A stretch of 8,362 nt of DNA, taken from positions 1-8,362 of the forward strand of contig JAAYBH010000002.1 in NCBI GenBank assembly GCA_012718935.1, given 5' to 3'. Under the pieces are notes generated by a model, which saw only the letters and a list, made by a program, of their open reading frames with translations, ran no database searches and was not told the DNA's origin. Numbering within the stretch: position 1 is the first letter of the stretch; every line of letters begins with the position of its first letter. The position numbers and the translations under genes were made by a program. Positions 1 to 5,270 of this stretch are shown here, piece after piece. Origin of the DNA: Clostridiales bacterium (GTDB taxonomy: Bacteria > Bacillota > Clostridia > Oscillospirales > Oscillospiraceae).

Positions 1-191
1 AGGCGGTTTGGCCCTTCCCACCACATTTCGTTTCCGTCCTTAGTGATGATATTGAAGTGGCCCGACATCAATGCGTACTGGAAGAACACCGGCTTGTCGA
101 CGCGCTTGAAGTTCAGGGGACCGTGGGGCATGCCGGCGGGGATATGAATGTCAATCCTATAGACATAGCTCCCGTACTTTTTACCGGTCAT
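1..191 (-). CDS. Hypothetical protein, N-terminal 63 codons only; the gene runs off the left edge of the window
   Basis: ATG at 191-189 sits 8 nt downstream of GGAAGGAG (complement of 200-207). The frame stays open to the window edge and reads MTGKKYGSYVYRIDIHIPAGMPHGPLNFKRVDKPVFFQYALMSGHFNIITKDGNEMWWEGPNR. The ORF is missing from the supplied track because it is short and truncated. I do not recognise the family. Confidence 0.55.
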   Translation of the reverse strand, partial: MTGKKYGSYVYRIDIHIPAGMPHGPLNFKRVDKPVFFQYALMSGHFNIITKDGNEMWWEGPNR

Positions 192-228
192 CAATTCCGC
201 TCCTTCCATATTCGGGCTGAATGGAAAT

Positions 229-257
229 ATCATACACCAGGAGTTTTTTATATTCAA
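229..257 (-). promoter_or_regulatory. Sigma-A-type promoter for the truncated gene at 1-191
   Basis: On the minus strand, TTGAAT (252-257) is followed by a 17-nt spacer and TATGAT (229-234). A TG precedes the -10 hexamer (TGTATGAT), giving an extended -10. Confidence 0.5.
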
Positions 258-265
258 GTTTGTTC

Positions 266-299
266 TCGCAGGGCGCGATGTGGTCACCGCCCCCTGCGA
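266..299 (-). terminator. Stem-loop immediately downstream of the cadA stop; possible terminator or RNA-stabilising hairpin
   Basis: TCGCAGGG-C-GCG (266-277) pairs with CGC-C-CCCTGCGA (288-299), giving 11 bp with one C/C mismatch and a 10-nt loop. It lies 8 nt past the cadA stop. No clear U-tract follows on the minus strand, so terminator function is uncertain. Confidence 0.35.
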
Positions 300-306
300 A
301 ATGCGT

Positions 307-2415
307 TTATAATTTGCTTGTCTTTAAAACACGCATTGCGTTTAAGACTGTGATGACGGTGACGCCGACGTCGGCGAAAACGGCTTCCCAGATGGTGGCG
401 ATTCCGCCGGCGCCCAGGGCCAGGACGATCAGCTTGACGGCCAGGGCGAAAGCAATGTTCTGCCAGACGATCTGGTGCGTGCGCTTTGCAATTTTCACGG
501 CGGTGACAAGCTTTGAGGGCTCATCGGTCATGATAACGATATCGGCGGCTTCGATGGCCGCGTCGGAGCCGACGCCGCCCATGGCGATCCCCACATCCGC
601 CCGCGCCAGCACCGGCGCGTCGTTGATGCCGTCGCCCACATAAACAAGCTTGCCGCCCCGGGGCTTTGACGCGTCCAGCCTTTCCAGCTCCGCGACCTTC
701 TGGTGGGGCAGCAGCTCCGAAGCCACTTCATCCAGACCCAGATCGCGGCCGATCTGACTGCCGACGGCTTTACTGTCGCCGGTGAGCATGACGAGCCGCC
801 GGATACCGAGCTTTCTGAGCGCTTCGACGGCGCTTTTGCTGTCTTCCTTCAGATGATCGGAGATGACGATATACCCCGCAAACGCGCTGTCCAGCGCAAT
901 GTAAACGACGGTGCCCGTCTCTTTCCCTTCGGAAAATGCAATCTGACGGCTTTCCATGAATCGCGCGTTTCCCGCCAGCACCTGACGGCCATTGACATCA
1001 GCCCGGACGCCGTATCCCGCTATTTCTTCCACATTGCTGACGGAGCTTTTGTCGATCTCCCTGCCCCAGGCCTTCAGGATCGACTGCGCGATGGGATGGG
1101 TCGACCAGCTTTCAGCGTATGCAGCGTACTCCAGAAGGTCAATACCAGCGGCGTTTTCGGTACGGTGTACCTTCGTCACCTCAAAGACGCCTTTGGTGAG
1201 CGTCCCGGTTTTATCGAAGATGACGGTGTCGACCCCGCGGAGGGCTTCAAGGTAATTGCTCCCCTTGATGAGGATGCCGTTTTTCGACGCGCCGCCGATA
1301 CCGCCGAAAAAGCTCAGCGGAATGGAGATGACCAGTGCACAGGGACAGGAGACGACGAGAAAGACGAGCGCCCTGTGAATCCACTCAGGAAACGCGGCGC
1401 CGGTCAGGAGCGGCGGGAGGACTGCCAGCAGCACGGCGAAGGCGACGACAGCCGGCGTGTAATACCGCGCGAATTTCGTAATAAAGTTTTCGGTGGGGGC
1501 TTTTTTGCTGCTGGCGTTCTGTACCAGGTCAAGGATTTTTGACACCGTAGATTCGCCGAATTCCTTTGTGACCTCCACGGCCAAAAGGCCGTTGACGTTG
1601 ACGGAGCCGGACAGCACCTCGCAACCGGTCTCGACGTCACGCGGCATAGATTCGCCGGTCAGCGCCGACATGTCGAGTACGGACCGTCCTTCGGTGACTA
1701 TGCCGTCCAGGGGTACCTTTTCACCGGGCTTGACGAGAATGATGTCCCCGACGCGGATCTCCCCGGGGGACACCCTCTTCTCCCCTTCGCCCGTCTTCAG
1801 ATTCGCGTAATCGGGACGGATATCCATCAGCGCAGCAATAGATTTCCTGGAACGGCTGACAGCCATGTCCTCAAAGAACATACCCACCTGATAAAAGAGC
1901 ATAACCGCGACCCCCTCCGGGAATTCGCCGAGGGCGAACGCCCCGACAGTGGCGACGCTCATGAGGAAATTTTCGTCGAAAACCCTGCCCTTGACAAGGT
2001 TCCTGCCGGCCATGAGCAGGATTTCGCCGCCGGCGAGAAGATACGCGGCCAGGTAAAATCCGAATTTGACCCGGAACGGAAAGCCGGATACAAGCGCAAT
2101 AATGAATAAAACGGCGCTTGCGGCTGTGAGACCGATTTTTATTTTATTAATGTTTGTTTCGGGGTGCCTTCCTGACTGCCCCTTTTCAATGACCCTGATC
2201 CCCGACTCGACCCGCCGGGCGATGGCCGACGCTTTATAAACAATATCGTCCATATCGTCCCAGCCGCCGGCTTCGATCGTCAGTTTTTTTGAGATAAAAT
2301 CGACGGCGGCATATGTAACGTCCGGCAGTTGACCCACTTCCCTTTCAATCCTGGCCGCGCAGCCGGCGCAGCCCAGGCCGTCGAGTATCAGTTCTTTTCT
2401 TGCGGTACTCGTCAT
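307..2415 (-). CDS. cadA: Heavy-metal translocating P1B-type ATPase, Zn2+/Cd2+/Pb2+ (CadA/ZntA) subtype
   Basis: The 702-aa ORF has an N-terminal HMA domain with CxxC (GLGCAGCAARIE). It carries TGES, the transmembrane CPC motif (SCPCALVIS), DKTGTLT, the HP motif (LPHQK) and GDGINDAP. The C-terminal membrane signatures QNIAFALAVK and FADVGVTVITVLNAMR (Lys and Asp-x-Gly) are typical of the Zn/Cd/Pb P1B-2 group rather than Cu pumps. RBS GAGG lies 6 nt before the ATG, and the gene is 13 nt downstream of cadC. Confidence 0.95.
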   Translation of the reverse strand: MTSTARKELILDGLGCAGCAARIEREVGQLPDVTYAAVDFISKKLTIEAGGWDDMDDIVYKASAIARRVESGIRVIEKGQSGRHPETNINKIKIGLTAASAVLFIIALVSGFPFRVKFGFYLAAYLLAGGEILLMAGRNLVKGRVFDENFLMSVATVGAFALGEFPEGVAVMLFYQVGMFFEDMAVSRSRKSIAALMDIRPDYANLKTGEGEKRVSPGEIRVGDIILVKPGEKVPLDGIVTEGRSVLDMSALTGESMPRDVETGCEVLSGSVNVNGLLAVEVTKEFGESTVSKILDLVQNASSKKAPTENFITKFARYYTPAVVAFAVLLAVLPPLLTGAAFPEWIHRALVFLVVSCPCALVISIPLSFFGGIGGASKNGILIKGSNYLEALRGVDTVIFDKTGTLTKGVFEVTKVHRTENAAGIDLLEYAAYAESWSTHPIAQSILKAWGREIDKSSVSNVEEIAGYGVRADVNGRQVLAGNARFMESRQIAFSEGKETGTVVYIALDSAFAGYIVISDHLKEDSKSAVEALRKLGIRRLVMLTGDSKAVGSQIGRDLGLDEVASELLPHQKVAELERLDASKPRGGKLVYVGDGINDAPVLARADVGIAMGGVGSDAAIEAADIVIMTDEPSKLVTAVKIAKRTHQIVWQNIAFALAVKLIVLALGAGGIATIWEAVFADVGVTVITVLNAMRVLKTSKL

Positions 2416-2428
2416 AGTTTTCCTCTTC

Positions 2429-2797
2429 CTATTGCTCTTTGATATGTGTTAAGCCCTGGTCGAGAATCTGCCGGATGTGCTCGTCGTCCAGCGAATAGTA
2501 TACAATTTTGCCTTCCTTCCGGTGCCGGACAAGCCTCGCCTGCTTCAGCACCCGCAGCTGATGGGAAATGGCTGACTGCGTCATACCCAGCAATACGGTG
2601 ATGTCGCACACGCACATCTCCGCCTCCGTCAGCGCCCACAGGATTCGCATCCGCGTGGAATCACCGAACACTCTGAACAGCTCGGAAAGCTCGAAAAGCA
2701 ACGGTTCCTCCGGCATTTTAAGCCTGACAGCGTTCACAACATCCTCATGGATGACGCTGCAGGCGCATTTGTAAATGTCGTTCTTGCCCTGTTTCAT
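2429..2797 (-). CDS. cadC: ArsR/SmtB-family metal-sensing repressor, CadC type
   Basis: The 122-aa ORF contains ELFRVFGDSTRMRILWAL, the winged-HTH segment MCVCDITVLLGMTQSAISHQLRVL, and YYSLDDEHIRQIL. This closely parallels S. aureus pI258 CadC (ELCVCDIANILG, YSLGDEHIRQIM). It has N-terminal Cys pair C-A-C plus the CVC pair (alpha3N thiolate site) and C-terminal D/H...H/E residues (alpha5 site). RBS AAGAGGAG lies 6 nt before the ATG. Confidence 0.93.
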   Translation of the reverse strand: MKQGKNDIYKCACSVIHEDVVNAVRLKMPEEPLLFELSELFRVFGDSTRMRILWALTEAEMCVCDITVLLGMTQSAISHQLRVLKQARLVRHRKEGKIVYYSLDDEHIRQILDQGLTHIKEQ

Positions 2798-2819
2798 ATG
2801 TGACTCCTCTTTACATGAA

Positions 2820-2843
2820 TATATGAATAACCGTTCATGCGTT
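2820..2843. promoter_or_regulatory. CadC/SmtB-type operator, proximal copy (between the -10 and the RBS of cadC)
   Basis: TATATGAATAACCGTTCATGCGTT contains the dyad TGAA-N6-TTCA (2824-2837). This is the core of the imperfect 12-2-12 inverted repeats bound by ArsR/SmtB repressors. Its position overlaps the start of the cadC transcript. Confidence 0.6.
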
Positions 2844-2851
2844 ATGCCGTC

Positions 2852-2880
2852 ATTATATGTGTGAATTTCGCGTTTGTCAA
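2852..2880 (-). promoter_or_regulatory. cadCA promoter (consensus sigma-A)
   Basis: On the minus strand, TTGACA (2875-2880) is followed by an exact 17-nt spacer and TATAAT (2852-2857), about 55 nt upstream of the cadC ATG. Confidence 0.7.
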
Positions 2881-2884
2881 CAAG

Positions 2885-2908
2885 TATATGAATGATTGTT
2901 CATGTGTT
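2885..2908. promoter_or_regulatory. CadC/SmtB-type operator, distal copy (upstream of the cadCA -35)
   Basis: TATATGAATGATTGTTCATGTGTT matches the proximal copy at 20 of 24 positions and keeps the same TGAA-N6-TTCA dyad (2889-2902). It is offset from the proximal copy by exactly 65 bp. Confidence 0.5.
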
Positions 2909-3325
2909 CGATTGTATGGGAATATATCCACATGGCAAACATATCCGGTTGCCATGGCCTCGCGGCTGCAATAAGATAGAGTTGCAGATAACGCCGAGCC
3001 AAGCCCGCAGAGAGAGAAACGGAAGGTGTAACGACTGGACACGGAGCAACTCACGAAGTTGAAGGCACAGTCTGAGCTGCATGGCGACATGCAGAGTTAT
3101 GCAGAAATGACATAGCCACGCTTAAAGCGGAGTAACAAGCCTGAACCGAAGCATCTGACGATTTTGCGCCTACACAAGAGCCCCCCGCAGCCGAGGCCCC
3201 TGAATTAGCTTCCGCACCATACGAAGACTCAGGAGGATTAAATATCGAACCGACGGTGATGTATTGCCCTTCTATATGGCGACATATATGACGCACTCCG
3301 TAAATTCGGCGAAAGTCTGCAATAG

Positions 3326-3406
3326 GAAGCCGCGAAAGTGGCTTCCTATTTAGAAGCCGCGAAAGTGGCTTCCTATTTAGAAACCGCGAAAGTGGCTTCC
3401 TATTTA
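3326..3406 (+). repeat. Tandem repeat, 27 nt x 3 (plus 5 nt of a fourth unit), each unit a GAAA-tetraloop hairpin
   Basis: The unit is GAAGCCGCGAAAGTGGCTTCCTATTTA at 3326-3352 and 3353-3379, which are identical. The copy at 3380-3406 has one G-to-A change. Each unit folds as GGAAGCCGC-GAAA-GUGGCUUCC. The first copy extends to a 13-bp stem (3321-3350). Confidence 0.9.
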
Positions 3407-3437
3407 GAAAGAACGAGGTAACAAACGTGATATGGTC

Positions 3438-3517
3438 GTAGGGGCCGGTTCCAAACCGGCCCACTCTTTTCGGCGTGGTGCGGCACGGGAATGGGCGGGT
3501 TTGGAACCCGCCCCTAC
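3438..3517. repeat. Inverted pair of 26-nt GTAG-palindrome (REP-like) elements separated by 28 nt
   Basis: The left element is GTAGGGGCCGGTTCCAAACCGGCCCA (3438-3463, + orientation). The right element is GTAGGGGCGGGTTCCAAACCCGCCCA (reverse complement of 3492-3517). They match at 24 of 26 positions. The two differences are the two partners of a single stem base pair (C-G in one, G-C in the other). Confidence 0.6.
3442..3470 (+). terminator. Intrinsic terminator closing the candidate RNA
   Basis: GGGCCGGTT (3442-3450) pairs with AACCGGCCC (3454-3462) to give a GC-rich 8-9-bp stem, followed by CTCTTTT (3464-3470). Confidence 0.55.
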
Positions 3518-3527
3518 GGTATTTATG

Positions 3528-3962
3528 TCAACCTTGCGATAACAATGCTCTTAATCTCTCCTCAAAGGCCTTATCCTGCGCGGGGGTGCGTTTTGCGGGG
3601 CCTTTCAGGCGGCCGCCGGCACTGCGGATTTTCCGGGCGGTGTGCCGGGACATCAGCAGCGCGTCGATGTTTTTATCCGAGTATACCATGCCGTCCTGAT
3701 TCAACGGCACAGCGCCGCGGGCAAGGCACATGGCAGCGAGGCCGTAATCCTGCGTCACGACGATATCGCTGGGCAAAAGCATATTGACGAGGGCGAAATC
3801 GACACTGTCGGCGCCCTTTGAAAACGTCAGCGTTTGAGCGCCTTCCTTCTCAAAAACATGCGCTGTGTCACACAGGATGAGGCATTCGATTCTGCTTTGT
3901 CTTGCCAATCGGACGGCGATATCCGTCACCGGGCAGCCGTCGGCATCAATAAGAATGCGCAT
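3528..3962 (-). CDS. YaiI/YqxD family protein (UPF0178, DUF188)
   Basis: The 144-aa ORF starts MRILIDADGCPV. It continues with GADSVDFALVN, DIVVTQDYGLAA, GAVPLNQDG and a basic C-terminal tail, colinear with E. coli YaiI as I remember it (IWVDADACP, GFDVADNEIV, DLVITADIPLAA, GAAALNPRG). RBS AGGAG lies 6 nt before the ATG. Confidence 0.88.
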   Translation of the reverse strand: MRILIDADGCPVTDIAVRLARQSRIECLILCDTAHVFEKEGAQTLTFSKGADSVDFALVNMLLPSDIVVTQDYGLAAMCLARGAVPLNQDGMVYSDKNIDALLMSRHTARKIRSAGGRLKGPAKRTPAQDKAFEERLRALLSQG

Positions 3963-3988
3963 GGTTTTCTCCTATAACGTTTTTTATC

Positions 3989-3997
3989 ATTCTATCA
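3989..3997 (-). promoter_or_regulatory. Possible extended -10 promoter for the DUF188 gene
   Basis: The minus strand reads TGATAGAAT (TGn + TAGAAT) about 27 nt upstream of the ATG. No good -35 hexamer is present. Confidence 0.3.
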
Positions 3998-4019
3998 CAA
4001 ATATGCGTTGGCTTGGTAT

Positions 4020-4047
4020 TTGCATCGGCGGAAACATGAGGTATAAT
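4020..4047 (+). promoter_or_regulatory. Sigma-A-type promoter for the URO-D family gene
   Basis: TTGCAT (4020-4025) is followed by a 16-nt spacer and TATAAT (4042-4047), about 38 nt upstream of the ATG at 4086. The RBS is AAGGAGA. Confidence 0.6.
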
Positions 4048-4085
4048 AGGGACATAAACGCATTGACAGAAAAGGAGACAGAAGA

Positions 4086-5099
4086 ATGCTGACAGCCAAA
4101 GAAAATTTCCTGAAATGCCTGCGCGGAGAGACGCCGGAATGGGTACCGATCTACTCCATGGGTATGATGTTCGACGGTGACAACCCGCCGCCGGATATGC
4201 TGGTTGAACCGCTTATTATCAGCGAGCACCGGGTCAGGGGCGGCGGCCCCGATGTGTGGGGTGTGGAATATGTGCCAACAGAATCCACCAGCGGCGCGCT
4301 TATCCCAGCCAATGATAAATTCATTCTGGACGATATAACCAAGTGGCGCGATGTCATCAAGGCCCCCGACCTCTCGGGCGTCGATTGGGAGAAAATGTGC
4401 AGGGAGGATATCGAGCGCCGGAAACTCGACCGCTCCAAAACAACCGTTTGCATGAATCTGCATATGGGTTACTTTCAGACACTGATGTCTTTCATGGGTT
4501 TCACAAACGGCCTGTGCGCCATGTACGAGGAACCGGAAGAAGTCAAGGCCCTTTTTGAATACCTCTGCGACTTTTATTGCACGGTCGCCGAAAAATATGT
4601 GGATCACTGCAAGCCCGACGTCTGGACGATGATGGACGACACAGCGGCGTGGGCGAACCCCTTCATCTCCCCGGCTATGTACCGCGAGTTTCTGATCCCG
4701 CTCTACATCCGCCAGGCCAAGTTCGGCCGCGACAGGGGCCTCCCCATATCGATGCACAACTGCGGCAAATGTGAGGGCTTCCTGGACGACCTTGTGAAAA
4801 TCGGCGTCACCATGTGGGACCCGGCACAGACGTGCAATGATCTGGTCGGTATCAAGAAAAAGTACGGCAACAAGCTCGTCATCGCCGGCGGTTGGGACGC
4901 CCAGGGCCGCATTCTTCAGGACGACGTGACCTACGAGGAAATTTACGAATCCGTCAAAAAGCAAATGGACCTTCTGGCCCCCGGCGGCGGCTACTGCTTC
5001 CTTGGCGGCTTCCTGGCCAACAAGGGCGACGAAAACGTCGTGAAGAAAAACGCCATGCTCTACAAAGCCTACAACGCGCTCTGCAGAAATTATTACTGA
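4086..5099 (+). CDS. Uroporphyrinogen decarboxylase (URO-D) family protein, MtaA/CmuA-like methyltransferase type
   Basis: The 337-aa ORF has the N-terminus ENFLKCLRGETPEWVP typical of URO-D/MtaA-like proteins and a TIM-barrel-sized length. It carries a His-x-Cys...Cys pattern (MHNCGK at about residue 223, GGYCFLGG near the C-terminus) resembling the zinc site of MtaA-type methylcobamide methyltransferases. The substrate cannot be inferred. Confidence 0.85.
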   Translation: MLTAKENFLKCLRGETPEWVPIYSMGMMFDGDNPPPDMLVEPLIISEHRVRGGGPDVWGVEYVPTESTSGALIPANDKFILDDITKWRDVIKAPDLSGVDWEKMCREDIERRKLDRSKTTVCMNLHMGYFQTLMSFMGFTNGLCAMYEEPEEVKALFEYLCDFYCTVAEKYVDHCKPDVWTMMDDTAAWANPFISPAMYREFLIPLYIRQAKFGRDRGLPISMHNCGKCEGFLDDLVKIGVTMWDPAQTCNDLVGIKKKYGNKLVIAGGWDAQGRILQDDVTYEEIYESVKKQMDLLAPGGGYCFLGGFLANKGDENVVKKNAMLYKAYNALCRNYY

Positions 5100-5121
5100 G
5101 CAGCATCGATATGTGACGATG

Positions 5122-5147
5122 GGAGGGATTCTGATCCCTCCTTCTTC
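5122..5147 (+). terminator. Intrinsic terminator after the URO-D family gene
   Basis: GGAGGGAT (5122-5129), loop TCTG, ATCCCTCC (5134-5141), followed by TTCTTC. Confidence 0.6.
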
Positions 5148-5207
5148 ATGCATCGACGCAGTCAGCCGACCTAATATTATTGCCACGGAATATTCATAAA
5201 CTCCCTC

Positions 5208-5238
5208 CTGCAATTGCCGCGGCGTCAAATGCTACAAT
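5208..5238 (+). promoter_or_regulatory. Possible extended -10 promoter with a dyad in the spacer, upstream of the MerR-family gene
   Basis: TGCTACAAT (5231-5238) is a TGn + TACAAT extended -10. The only -35 candidates are weak (CTGCAA/TGCAAT at 5208-5214, 18-19-nt spacing). The spacer contains the imperfect dyad TTGCCGCGGCGTCAA (5214-5228), with a perfect GCCGCGGC core. Confidence 0.35.
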
Positions 5239-5270
5239 GAGCGCAGTGATCACGGAAAGGAGTAAAAACA

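Larger units (their letters stand above)
2920..3470 (+). ncRNA. Candidate free-standing structured RNA of about 0.55 kb; class unknown, 5' end not defined
   Basis: No credible ORF exists on either strand. Plus-strand hairpins are CATGGCAA/TTGCCATG (2931-2956), CTGCATG-GCGA-CATGCAG (3077-3094), TATATG-GCGA-CATATA (3273-3288) and three GAAA-capped hairpins (3321-3406). A long-range complement joins 2956-2969 to 3187-3198. The block ends in an intrinsic terminator (3442-3470). The GNRA loops and G.U pairs are only sensible on the + strand. No strong promoter was found; the best candidate is the weak TTGTTC (2896-2901), 18-nt spacer, GAATAT (2920-2925). Confidence 0.35.

Noticed and set aside
703-1542. 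A 279-aa ORF on the + strand inside cadA, with smaller ones at 221-643, 992-1255 and 1493-1810
   Set aside because: These are antisense shadow ORFs of the P-type ATPase gene, with no RBS and no recognisable motifs.
3231-3291. A perfect AGGAGG (3231-3236) inside the non-coding block, possibly driving a micro-ORF
   Set aside because: No ATG, GTG or TTG lies at 5-10 nt. The only codon at correct spacing is ATC (3244). The first GTG/ATG in frame (3256/3259) is 20 nt away and would encode only 11-12 aa (MYCPSIWRHI). I treat it as part of the RNA rather than a translation signal.
3326-3406. Whether the 27-nt repeats are a small CRISPR array
   Set aside because: The repeats abut directly with no spacers, only three units are present, and no cas genes are in the window.
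3051-3464. A 137-aa minus-strand ORF whose product contains FLNRKPLSR three times, because the 27-nt period is a multiple of 3
   Set aside because: It uses a GTG start inside the REP-like hairpin with no properly spaced RBS. The rest of the translation is low-complexity and Cys/Ser/Ala-rich. The repeat units are self-complementary hairpins with GNRA loops on the opposite strand. A period divisible by 3 has a one-in-three chance by coincidence.
2909-3470. Identity with a housekeeping RNA (RNase P, tmRNA, SRP/4.5S, 6S) or a known riboswitch or T-box leader
   Set aside because: The signature sequences are absent: no GAGGAAAGTCC for RNase P, no tRNA-like ends or tag ORF for tmRNA, no SRP domain IV motif, and no T-box or B12-box. 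There is also no downstream + strand gene for a cis-regulatory leader to control, because the next gene is convergent.
3475-3787. Plus-strand ORFs (74 and 98 aa) beginning in the second REP-like element (MGGFGTRPYG...)
   Set aside because: They are antisense to the well-supported DUF188 gene. The similar N-terminus to the minus-strand ORF at 3464 simply reflects translation of the inverted repeat.
3987-5228. A 413-aa ORF on the minus strand that covers the whole URO-D family gene and extends past both ends
   Set aside because: It lies exactly antisense to a well-supported gene that has its own promoter, RBS and terminator. It has no RBS, and its composition (runs of V, H, R, A, G such as VVHHRPDVGLAVIH) is typical of a shadow frame in GC-rich coding DNA. 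It also reads through the URO-D promoter and terminator. I recognise no domain.
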